From Andalucia godoyi And28 (lineage: Eukaryota; Protista; Jakobida): a stretch of 64,000 nucleotides of DNA. Within the stretch, counting starts at the first letter, position 1. Every line of letters begins with the position of its first letter. The stretch spans positions 329,438-393,437 of the forward strand of contig VRVR01000013.1 in the NCBI GenBank assembly GCA_009859145.1, written 5' to 3'. Position numbers and translations under genes: made by a program. Below are positions 1 to 13,045 of the stretch, piece after piece. Under the pieces are notes generated by a model. It searched no databases and was not told the DNA's origin. It was given only the letters and a program-made list of their open reading frames with translations.

Positions 1-51
1 CAAATCGAGCGGATGTTTTATTGATTGTTGATTGGCAATGGCGTGCGCCAC

Positions 52-53
<2 letters not shown>

Positions 54-86
<33 letters not shown>
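54..86. repeat. (GA)n microsatellite
   Basis: Pure GA dinucleotide run immediately upstream of the Fanzor1-like relic. Confidence 0.95.
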
Positions 87-89
<3 letters not shown>

Positions 90-620
90 GCCCCGCGGCG
101 GAGGAATCATCGATCACAAGGAATGCGGCTGTCAAGTGCTATCTGTCGAAGAGGCTTGTGCCCGGCAGGTTCTCACATAGATCCAACAAGCGGGAGGAGG
201 GAAAGGCGCACCACCGGGCGTTCAAGCAGGCCTTGGAGAATATGGTAACAAATATCAACAAAATCTCTTGCAGTGCGTCGCTTCTGTTCAATCATCATCT
301 TCTGTCCCATATGCAAAACGGAGCCAGAGTCCCAAACTTGGTTTCCTGGAGGGATTCGTCACTGCGCACGGTGGGCAGCATCGATCCACACACAGAATTG
401 CTCTGGACACGGAAACCATCAAGCTTCATTCCCAGCAGTACAATACAAAACAACCTTTTTCAACTATCATCCCAGCGTCCTTCTCAAAAGGATCCAAGCC
501 ATCGTCTCCGGAAGGGGCGGTTTGTGATACTGTAAATTCGCCCATTGCACGGCTCTGCGCTAGAAGTCCCGAGACAGGAATGCGGCTCTCAGCAAAACTG
601 AGCTGTGGACGACGACGATA
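86..620 (+). pseudogene. Degenerate, internally deleted Fanzor1 (eukaryotic TnpB-like) relic
   Basis: The frame at 122-340 reads AVKCYLSKRL...ALENMVTNINKISCSASLLFNHHLL...VPNL, like a Fanzor1 N-terminal WED/REC region. After one frameshift, 405-506 reads GHGNHQASFPAVQYKTTFFNYHPSVLLKRIQAIV. The same frame then reads RGGL*YCKFAHC...*KSRDRNAAL (570-590), i.e. a partial Zn finger plus the RuvC-III RDxNAA motif. RuvC-I and RuvC-II are missing. There is no intact ATG and there are two in-frame stops. Confidence 0.7.
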
Positions 621-779
621 GCCAAGTCAAAACAAAAATAAGAACAGTAAAAACAGTTGGTCGCGGTTCGTGCCTGTTCACCTAGTAACATACACCATTA
701 TCTTTACAGAACGTGCCCAACGCAATACAGAATGGTCTGCAACATCAGACAGATAGATAAATAAGAAGACCGAGGAGGA

Positions 780-2840
780 TCAGGGACGATAGGATTCGCT
801 GCCTTCATCGGATTCAACTTCCCAAACGTCTCCTGCAATTCCGCTGCCTGCCTTGTTCAGCAGAGAAAGCAGATCCCGAACTTCATCCTGTATGAGACGG
901 ACCTCGTCTGATCGTACAGGATCCGACATGATGCTTCGGACAGTCTTGAGAGACGCCGCAATGGAATTGGTTCGATCGACAATGTCTCGAGCTTCGTTGA
1001 AGTGTCGCGCTTCCTGGTGGCACTTTGCAAGGAAAATCATCGCGCGAGCCGTCATGATGGAGCGCTCACCAAACGCGGCTTCAGTTTTTTGAACCATTTG
1101 CTGTGAAACCTCGATGGCCTTATCCAACGACCGATCTCGGCGATGCAGAGTGGCAAGAGACAGACGAATGTGGAATATCTTCTCTTCTTCATCTTGGATA
1201 TGTGCCTGGACAATATGGCTGTCCGCAATTTCGAAATGGGAAGGATTCGTGGTGTTCATAGTGCTGTGATGGTTTCCGCTTGTGCTGATGCTGCTTCTGC
1301 GGCTCCCTGGAGACGTCGCGTCCAATGAACTGGTGCCGGAATGCCGGTAAACAGCAATAATGTCTTCCCCTGCGATCATGGATACCTCCAGCATGTTATT
1401 TGCCTCGTCGAATCGTTGCACAGAGAAGCAGAGCTCCGAGCAGTCCTTTGCAGCTGCGAACAGGGACTGGAGCGATCGAACCAAAGACACCATGATTCTG
1501 TTGTACGTTTCGCGAAGTTCTGTCTCTACCTGCGGATCGTGCCGTTTAGAGGTTCGGCGCTCTGGACTCGCCAGCTCTTGCAACCTGGTGGAAATTAGAA
1601 TACTCTGCTTCTGCAGCATCTGCACGGACCTCCTGAATTCGCGACAGGACTGCCTAAAGTACTGCAATGCGTTTTCCACATGAATTACAATGCTCGAGGA
1701 GTCCTTCTTCGGCGTGGTCGTCATCAGCCGACCGGGCGTTGGCGAGGGGACTTGTGACATCTTTTCCTGCGTATCTCTGTACTTGGACCACTCGAGCATT
1801 GCGATCTCTCTGTATACCTCTCCCATGTCCATGAGGATCGACGCATGAAGTTCCGAGTCCGGATGCAGCGCATTGATTCTCGCCGCCACCGCATCGCAAA
1901 GTCCCCATGCCTTTTCAAAGAACTGCAGAGACCGCTGGTACTCGCCTTGGATCGCAAACAGCTTTCCACCGGCAAAGTAGATCGCAAACGATGGATCCCG
2001 TTTCTGTCCAGTCTGTCGACCACCACCCCCGCTCCCACAACTGCTGCTTCTGTGACTGTCCAATGCCCCAGAATCGTTGAACGCCGAGAAGGACACGGAA
2101 TCATTGGAGGACATCATCATTGACTTTCCTTCAGCAGCCGTTGCCTTTGGATACTCTGCAATCCAGTCCATTGCAGAGCGCAAACACTGGTACGCTTTGG
2201 AATAGTTGGCCAGCAGGGTATGACAAACCCCCATCGACAATAGCAGGTTGGGAATCCAGTTCACAATATCCGACTTTGCGACATCGCTTCCTTCCGGGAC
2301 GTCAAAGACAGACTGCTTTGATTTTCTTGCAGACTCTGCAGTCGGCCCAAACGATCCGGCATCATCGTCCCAGTCATCAAACTCGTCGCTCCTTTGCCTC
2401 CTGTTGTTTGGACTCGGGATGTAATCAGGATCCTTGATGATGGACGTGAAGATTTGAAAAGCAGCCTTCAAATGTTCCGAAGCCTGCGAGTTCATGGAGA
2501 ACTCCATGTAACACGCCGCAAGATCCCAGTGCGCAAGGCCCACCTGGACTGATTTTGTGCCAAATTGCACTCTGCTCAGTGCAATAATCTCGACTTTGGC
2601 GTCGCAAACCGCAGTCTTCAGCTCTTCGCGATGGCCCTCATATCTGAGTTTCTGCAGAAAAAGTTCGGAATACTCGGACAGTGCGATAATGCGCTCGCTG
2701 GGTGGAACATCTGGATGGATCATTCGACTCGACACACGGTCAATCGACGCAGCTTGTCCTTGCAAAAACGAGCTTGCAAGACGCGGACTCTGGATATACC
2801 GCTCCATCAGATTCGCAGGTCTGCTCCGCTGTGCACACAT
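780..2840 (-). CDS. TPR-repeat protein, TTC23/TTC23L-like
   Basis: Long ORF. The segment KVEIIALSRVQFGTKSVQVGLAHWDLAACY resembles the TTC23 N-terminal TPR, and further TPR-like helices follow. The start was moved to the ATG at 2840 because the ORF-track extension runs through a (GA)n repeat. Confidence 0.75.
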   Translation of the reverse strand: MCAQRSRPANLMERYIQSPRLASSFLQGQAASIDRVSSRMIHPDVPPSERIIALSEYSELFLQKLRYEGHREELKTAVCDAKVEIIALSRVQFGTKSVQVGLAHWDLAACYMEFSMNSQASEHLKAAFQIFTSIIKDPDYIPSPNNRRQRSDEFDDWDDDAGSFGPTAESARKSKQSVFDVPEGSDVAKSDIVNWIPNLLLSMGVCHTLLANYSKAYQCLRSAMDWIAEYPKATAAEGKSMMMSSNDSVSFSAFNDSGALDSHRSSSCGSGGGGRQTGQKRDPSFAIYFAGGKLFAIQGEYQRSLQFFEKAWGLCDAVAARINALHPDSELHASILMDMGEVYREIAMLEWSKYRDTQEKMSQVPSPTPGRLMTTTPKKDSSSIVIHVENALQYFRQSCREFRRSVQMLQKQSILISTRLQELASPERRTSKRHDPQVETELRETYNRIMVSLVRSLQSLFAAAKDCSELCFSVQRFDEANNMLEVSMIAGEDIIAVYRHSGTSSLDATSPGSRRSSISTSGNHHSTMNTTNPSHFEIADSHIVQAHIQDEEEKIFHIRLSLATLHRRDRSLDKAIEVSQQMVQKTEAAFGERSIMTARAMIFLAKCHQEARHFNEARDIVDRTNSIAASLKTVRSIMSDPVRSDEVRLIQDEVRDLLSLLNKAGSGIAGDVWEVESDEGSESYRP

Positions 2841-2866
2841 CTCTCTCTCTCTCTCTCTCTCTCTCT
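2840..2866. repeat. (CT)n microsatellite abutting the start codon of the TPR gene
   Basis: Direct observation. Confidence 0.95.
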
Positions 2867-4019
2867 TTGAAAAATACTCCACGTCAGACCACCCCGCCAA
2901 ACCAAACGCATTTGCAGAAGAAAACAAATACAACCCTCCACAGTCCGCTTTCCAAACGACCCGCCGTTTCATGATCGTAAGAGCAGACATTCTTGTCGGG
3001 TCATTGTCGGGTCATTTCAACTGAAAAAGCGCAGTGAAAACTGTCTGCGTTTTGTTTTATATCAATTTTTTCCACCTGATCATGTTCATTGCATTCTTAT
3101 TGAGCATTGCAAAAAATGGAAGAAATTTAATTAAGACGCCGGCATCAATGGCTGTTCCCCGCTTCGGAAGAACATGCTTGAAGCAGTGTTTGTGGATGCA
3201 ATATTGCAGGATCGCATTTGTCCAGCACCGCATCTGAACGGCCCCGAGAGTGATTATGCAAATACTCATGATCATGACGATGATGATGCAAAAGGCCGCA
3301 AAGGAGCCGCAGCAGTGGCATAGAAACAAAAGCAGAAACAGAAGCAGCAGGCACGGTTGGAATGCTGCCCAACAGGGATGGATGCTGCCGCCTATCCAAG
3401 CAGAAACCCGACGATTTGCCCAAAGCGAACGCTTGGCATTCTCCGGGTAGACAATATGAGATGTAATTATCGTTCCCCGCTCGAAACTGTATCCATTTAT
3501 ACCGTCATTTTTAAAATACGATTATAAAATCAAGAAGAAGAAAAGGAAAGGAAAGATTAAAAAGAAATCACTGCAAAAACTGGCAAAAATATCTGCTCTC
3601 ACGACAGTTGATACACACAGCTGTCAACCGTTTCATGTCCTAATATTGCAGCATCCGCAGTCCGCTTCCCTAACGACTTCTTGCGCCTACATTATACACT
3701 GAACATGCATATCTACGAATAGACATGCATATTCAAGCTTGCATCCCGTTGCCGGGAAGGGGGTAGGCCCTGTATCGAGCGGCGTAGGCGAATGCGTCAT
3801 CCCAGCGCACCCACGCCCATATTTGAATAAAAGAGTGAAACCAAAAAACCAAACCAACGAATGATAGAATAGATGGCTACGGATGCTGCGTTAAAGAGCG
3901 CCGAAAATGCGGAGCCTGTGCCACCGGCTGAATTCTGGCCGAGCGTGCGTAAGCACGAATTTCCTGTGAACCAAACGAGCCGGTGTCGGCCAGTATCGAC
4001 CGTGTCTGTTTACGTATAT

Positions 4020-4037
4020 CATGGAGACGTTGGTTAA
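4020..4037 (+). repeat. hAT terminal inverted repeat (left in window)
   Basis: CATGGAGACGTTGGTTAA, compared with the reverse complement of the other end, CAGGGAGACCCTGGTTAA. Confidence 0.92.
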
Positions 4038-4134
4038 TCGGTTAACCGGTTAACCTAATAACCAATAACCAGACTGACCTTGGGCTTGGTTACTAGTTAA
4101 AAGTGGTTACACTACGGTAGATTTCCTTTATTCG

Positions 4135-5993
4135 CTAAGAATCTGCTACATCTACGATGTCCACGAAGTCATCGCCACCATCTTCTGAAGCACTGATCTC
4201 TGTAATATCTCGCTTGATAGACGCTACCACGTCTCTCATGACACGGCGTCCATTCAATCTGATCATCAACTCAGCATCTAGCAAGTCAAAGGAGATGTTG
4301 TGTCTTCCGTCGACAAGTTGGCCTTGAACAGAGAATGTCCGTTCCACATCGGCCTGCGTGCAGCCGACTTCTGATAAAGCTAGCACAGGACCAGCGATCA
4401 GAACATCCCGATTGAAAGCTGCAGTGTCCAAAAGGAGACGAAATCATTCTCGTATTCTTCCAAACAGCCGAATGCATTCGAACGCATCCTGTACTCCGCC
4501 AATTCACGTTCTACCTGTGCCTTGATTTCCCCTCGTCGTCGTGAAAGCACAGCAGCAGGCGGGTCCTCTTTTTGAAGAGCAAATCCAAGACAAAAATCGA
4601 CAGTCTTCCGAAAAGCATTCGCTTCCAAACCTGCAATGTTGAGATCTCTGCGCTTCACTGGATCGAGAAATGCCAGAATTGTAGACAATAATGAATGATT
4701 GAGGTTTGAACTCCAGCGGGCAGTGTACGCATTGATGACCGCGTTGCAGAGTTGTATTTTCAGGGAATCTTGGGAAGCATCTCGGATCTCTGTGACTTCA
4801 CGACCTGCTTTCGCCAAGACGTCCCACAGAGAAATCGCTTGGAAAGCTTCGGCTTGCACGGTGTCCGTAGCGCAAGCAAAGGGCTTCATCGCAGTGCAGA
4901 AGGCAGTCAACTTGTTCTTCCACTCTTCAGAGCAGAACTGATTGGCTACGGAAGTACCACCTATTGCACTGGAATAGGCGTTCCAGCGATCAAGAACACG
5001 TCTTGCAGCGTTATAATGAGAGTTCCAGCGAACATCAATGGGCTTGACGATCTTCAAAGGAGTTATAGCAGGTTGAATAACCTGCACCGCATGGAAAATC
5101 TTTGCAACTTCCTGCTGTCTGAATGGTGCGAGAGATGCTGACATCTGCTGCATAAAGTCAGGAATCTGCTGGGTAATTGCGTCTTTCACAATCAACTGAA
5201 TCGAGTGTGCAGCACAGCGGACGAAAAATGCCCATGGGCGAAATTGTGCTATGTATGATTCAATCCCGCGAACGAAATTAGCTCCATTGTCAGAACAAAA
5301 GGAAACCACTGTCACCCTGCCACCGCGCTCGATGTCTTCAACAATCTCTTTTAGGATAGCACAGATCCTGTCTCCTGTTAAAGACTCTGTTAACAGAAGA
5401 CCTTTGTAGTAGTACGATTGGTTTCCCACAACAACGCAGAAATTCAGCCACGATCCGTTTGTATTGTCAGCCTGGGTCGAATCGCACATGAGACAAGCAG
5501 CGTAAGAGCTCTTCACAATTTTCTCGACCTCAGACCGCACTTCTGCTGCCAGACTCCGTACTTCGGACTTCATTGTCTGTTCCGACATATGCACACCAAA
5601 CGCTTGTCTGAAAGACTCGTTTCGCAACAACTTGTAAGACAAACGATTGTCGGCAAAAGCGAAAGCAATCAATGTTTTCCGTTCCGCTTGATTCTTCTTC
5701 ATTCGTTCAAACAATGTCGGTAAATTGGAAGACGAACCAGAAATGGTTCTCGACATTTCAACGGGAGCAGACATTGCATGGGCATGCTGCAAATGATAAG
5801 CACAATTCGAAGTTTGGAAACGAATTTGGTATGTCTTTTCATCATGTGCGCACAGCAGACATCGCGCTTGTTGGGCACCATTTACAACGAAATAGGACGC
5901 CACCCAAGAACGGCATTTGTCCGCCACCATGAATCCTTCCGTTGCAAGAAGAGCGATGAGTGCTTTCTTTCGATCGGCAGTCAAAACGGACAT
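4135..5993 (-). pseudogene. hAT transposase with a single frameshift near 4400
   Basis: ORF 5993-4398 carries a BED finger (W..YF...CLLC...HLQHAH), CDS (first D), SDNGAN (second D), the CAAH (CxxH) motif and VRWNS. The C-terminal dimerisation domain with the catalytic E (LALSEVGCTQADVERTFS) continues in another frame, 4431-4135. Confidence 0.93.
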
Positions 5994-6257
5994 TTGAGAA
6001 AGGCGGTGAAAACCGAAAAGTCACTTTTTTTGAGAATTTCGTCACTAGAAAATGGAAATGCTGGAAAACAGGACAGCAGAGATGGAAAGTCGAGCGAAGG
6101 GCTTGGTGCGATGGCAAGGAACTCAGGGCTCAGGTCCTCTTCAAATGGCGTGATCACCACATTTGGCTGATTCAATGATCTGGATTGATGCCTTCTGGCC
6201 ACAGCTAACCGGTTGTTAACCGTTAATAACCAATAACCGACTCTTCGCCGGTTAGCG

Positions 6258-6275
6258 TTAACCAGGGTCTCCCTG
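6258..6275 (-). repeat. hAT terminal inverted repeat (right in window)
   Basis: TTAACCAGGGTCTCCCTG, followed directly by the TSD ACGTATAT. Confidence 0.92.
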
Positions 6276-6676
6276 ACGTATATTCCCCCGTATATGCATG
6301 ACAATGACTTGTCATTATTCAACGGTTTCTTTTTAACATATTCATACGCCAGAAAATAGTGAGTGGAGAATAGGAATTATTACGCAACATCTACATTACA
6401 CTCGCGATCAACCGGATAAGTGCGGAATAGCGTTTCCCTAGCTCAGTGCAGTCTTTTCCTATTGTTGTATATACAGAGTTTTACTTTTCTTTTTGTTTTT
6501 ACTTTTGCTTTAACTTTCACTGTTTATTCCCCTCCGTTTTGTTCGACATCTAATAATAATAATTACGGTTATTTTTCTGTTTGGTGTTTTGGGCTCGTCG
6601 GTTCCCCTCGATTATTCATCGTCATTACCTAAACCTAAACCTTGTGCATAGTTGGAAAGAGTTGATCCGCTAGTGA

Positions 6677-10477
<3,801 letters not shown>

Positions 10478-10813
10478 CCCAGTAGCAGCATTGTGCTTCC
10501 TTTTACTATTACTAATATTAATTTTTGTAAATTCTTGCCGGAAACAGTTCGTTTTTGCACGCAGCACTGAGCTTCCCTGTGGCCTGCCGTACACGGGTAA
10601 CTAAAAAAAAGTGTCCGGGTAAATCCCGCTGCAAAACAGGCGGATTGCCTGATATGGGTGTCGTTGACAGTTTGGAAATCCGCACGATTCTCATTGCAGT
10701 CTTTTCCGTTCTTCTTCTTTTGGAGACTTTTCTAACTCGATAATCTGGATACTTGCATCGTGCTGAAAGGTTGAGAGGGCGCACGCACACACGAAGTACT
10801 CGATGCATTACCG

Positions 10814-13045
10814 ATGCTGAGTAAATCCAAGCTCGCTCCATTGCAGAAGGAAGCTGTACGCCCGCCGATTGTCCAGGCTGCGCCAGCTCAACGCAGCCAC
10901 AGACCCGCATCCGTTTCTCCACTACGGTCGACAGACAATCTGCATGGCTCTTCTTATGCTGCTGCGGAGGTATCGTCGCCACAGACCCCGGCCCCACTGT
11001 TGCCGGCGGCGTCGAAGCATCCGAGTCATGTTGTGGAGACCGACGAGCCTCCTGCGTCAGCTGTGATTGGGTTTGAGAAAGCCGACTACAGTATCATGGA
11101 AGATGATCACGAGAAGAGTGCGTCACGAGACCGTCACCCTCTCAAGGAATCCAGCCCTGCTGCCCTGCAGCGCAAGAACAGCGAAAACAACAGCAGCAAG
11201 AGCAACGACAACGACAAGGATGCGGTCGATCCTGGAAGCCGTGGAAGTGGGGGTGGTGGTGGAAATAAGAGACCCGGTCACGGATCGGGTGACACGGGCT
11301 CGCTTCCTTCGTTCTTGGAAGTTGCGTTGCAAAAGCAAAAGAACGAGTATGTGCTGCGGCCGTTCTTTCTCACATACTTTGACACGAGAGAGTTTTTGAA
11401 CTTCACGTGGAAGAACTATCGAGAAGACCACATTTTGGTGAACACGCGGTTTCTGGACTGGGAAGAAGGAGGGATGGATTCGCTTGGGAAGCTGATGTGG
11501 CTTGTGAAGTTTGCAAGCGTGTTCAGTCCCGATAGGACGAGACGGTTCATGTTGATTCGACATTTGCTGGCTTTTGTGATTACGTACTCGTTCCTGTCGT
11601 GGGAGGCTGCGTCCATTAATGCTCTCATGAACAGTTCGACGATTGGAGAAGAGTACGTTGGCATGTGGATGTTCTTGATTTACTTACCTTACTACTTCTA
11701 TCAGACCAAGCTATTCTACCGAAATTTTGACTCTCATCAGGATGTTTCCACGGAAGATGTCCTCAACGGCTTTGTAGAGCGCGACGCGGAACAGGGAGCA
11801 AGCGGAGCAAAAGCGGCCCACTTTGAAATATCGTGGTCCTTGTTGGTGCGACTGATTCGACCAGTTTGGCTGACAGAGCTTGGAAAGTTCGCTTTCAACA
11901 TGTGCGTTCTCCTGGCGACGACGGTGACGTGGCTGAGCACGGCGCTGCGTCTGTGGTACATGTACATGGCAGGCATCTTCACTGTGGATAATGTCGTGTT
12001 CACGTTGTGCATCCGACTGACATGCTTCTGGTACCTTAGCATCGTGTGCGTGCTGCAGCTTGCCTTGTACATTACGCCATTTTTTATCGTGGCATATCGT
12101 GCACGGTTCCTGATGCGAGAATTTGCGTTGCGGGACAACTACTACCATTTGCAGTACGGATTTGACGATGTCACATTCGAATTCCATTCTATTGCCACAT
12201 TCCTGCATACACTGTCGTCGAATTTGAGTTTTGCGAACAGTTCCGCGATTGTCATCATGTCCGTCCTTTCCATTGCGCTTTTCTTCAATTTTGCACAGTC
12301 CAAGTTCTTCAATGCGGATCCGTTTTTGCTCATTGCGGTCATCTTTTTGCTCATTATCGTCATGATTCTTCTTTGTGGTTGTGCGTACGCTACGTATCAC
12401 ACGCAGCGACTGACACAAGTTCTGGCCTCGGAAAGGGGTCAACTAGGACCGCGGCCGTTCCTGCTGTCCGATTCGGCTCGGAAGCACACCCATGCTGCAG
12501 AACCTGCAGCGCGATTGCAGTTTCTCCACACGAGGTCAAACAGCTACAGCAGTGAGGCTTCCTTGGAAGAGGAAGGAGATGTGGAAGCTGCTGCTGCGAC
12601 TTCAGAGGACAAGACAGCAAGCAGCGACGCAGAGTCTTCCAACATCCGTCGTCGAACGAACAAGATCATCCAGGGTACTGTGCATGAGATCGGAAGCAAG
12701 GTCAAGCAGGGCACAACGGTATTGTTTTCGCAATTTAACAAGCGGTTGCAAGGCATAAAAGGCGCGATGGGTAGCAGTGGGTCGGGTGGAAAGGCTGCGC
12801 TGGCAGATCTTTCGCAAATCAACTCTCAATTTTGGAGGGAGTACGCTCAAATGGATGTCGAAGAGCTGACACAGCGCAATGCGCAGCTTCGGCGTGACTT
12901 TGATTCGTTTGCGACATATGTGAATCTTTCCCATCCGGGTGGGAAAATCTCGGGCGTTGTCATTTCGTTCGGCTTGGTGAAGGCCATCGCGTACGGATTT
13001 GCTTCCTTGTTTACTCTCGTGTACCAGTTTGCACAGACATTTTGA
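10814..13045 (+). CDS. Multi-pass membrane protein, probable gustatory-receptor-like (7TMIC/GRL) channel
   Basis: The protein has a long hydrophilic N-terminus, about 7 hydrophobic segments and a long loop before the last helix. The C-terminus GKISGVVISFGLVKAIAYGFASLFTLVYQF resembles the GR TM7 signature ending in QF. Confidence 0.7.
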   Translation: MLSKSKLAPLQKEAVRPPIVQAAPAQRSHRPASVSPLRSTDNLHGSSYAAAEVSSPQTPAPLLPAASKHPSHVVETDEPPASAVIGFEKADYSIMEDDHEKSASRDRHPLKESSPAALQRKNSENNSSKSNDNDKDAVDPGSRGSGGGGGNKRPGHGSGDTGSLPSFLEVALQKQKNEYVLRPFFLTYFDTREFLNFTWKNYREDHILVNTRFLDWEEGGMDSLGKLMWLVKFASVFSPDRTRRFMLIRHLLAFVITYSFLSWEAASINALMNSSTIGEEYVGMWMFLIYLPYYFYQTKLFYRNFDSHQDVSTEDVLNGFVERDAEQGASGAKAAHFEISWSLLVRLIRPVWLTELGKFAFNMCVLLATTVTWLSTALRLWYMYMAGIFTVDNVVFTLCIRLTCFWYLSIVCVLQLALYITPFFIVAYRARFLMREFALRDNYYHLQYGFDDVTFEFHSIATFLHTLSSNLSFANSSAIVIMSVLSIALFFNFAQSKFFNADPFLLIAVIFLLIIVMILLCGCAYATYHTQRLTQVLASERGQLGPRPFLLSDSARKHTHAAEPAARLQFLHTRSNSYSSEASLEEEGDVEAAAATSEDKTASSDAESSNIRRRTNKIIQGTVHEIGSKVKQGTTVLFSQFNKRLQGIKGAMGSSGSGGKAALADLSQINSQFWREYAQMDVEELTQRNAQLRRDFDSFATYVNLSHPGGKISGVVISFGLVKAIAYGFASLFTLVYQFAQTF

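Larger units (their letters stand above)
4020..6275 (-). mobile_element. hAT-superfamily DNA transposon with both ends intact (2256 bp)
   Basis: A perfect 8-bp TSD, ACGTATAT, lies at 4012-4019 and 6276-6283. The 18-bp TIRs match at 15/18. There are subterminal TAACC/GGTTA repeat clusters and a BED + DDE + dimerisation transposase inside. Confidence 0.97.
3693..6332 (-). mobile_element. Copy 1 of a two-copy non-autonomous TnpB/Fanzor2-like repeat, interrupted by a hAT insertion
   Basis: 3693-4011 and 6284-6332 align with 31911-32454. Shared blocks include tatacactgaacatgcatatctacgaatagacatgcat, gatagaatagatggctacggatgctgcgttaaagag, gtcggccagtatcgaccgtgtctgttt and gcatgacaatgac. This copy lacks the roughly 170-bp HTH-coding segment present in copy 2. 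Confidence 0.85.

Noticed and set aside
2841-2990. N-terminal extensions of ORFs through microsatellites (also 35384-35485, 39211-39309, 38831-39028)
   Set aside because: The extensions are ERER/VCVC/polyL translations of simple repeats. Downstream ATGs coincide with the start of the recognisable domains.
3034-3450. Short overlapping ORFs between the TPR gene and the repeat
   Set aside because: The longest minus-strand frame lacks an upstream in-frame ATG, the others are short, and none has a recognisable motif.
3692-3702. CAGTG-TA as a Tc1/mariner terminus of the two-copy repeat
   Set aside because: The orientation is wrong for a Tc1 right end (CACTG-TA expected), and no matching TIR exists at the other end.
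4398-4431. Programmed -1 frameshift in the hAT transposase
   Set aside because: There is no X XXY YYZ slippery heptamer in the overlap, and hAT transposases are not known to use one. A 1-nt deletion or sequencing error is simpler.
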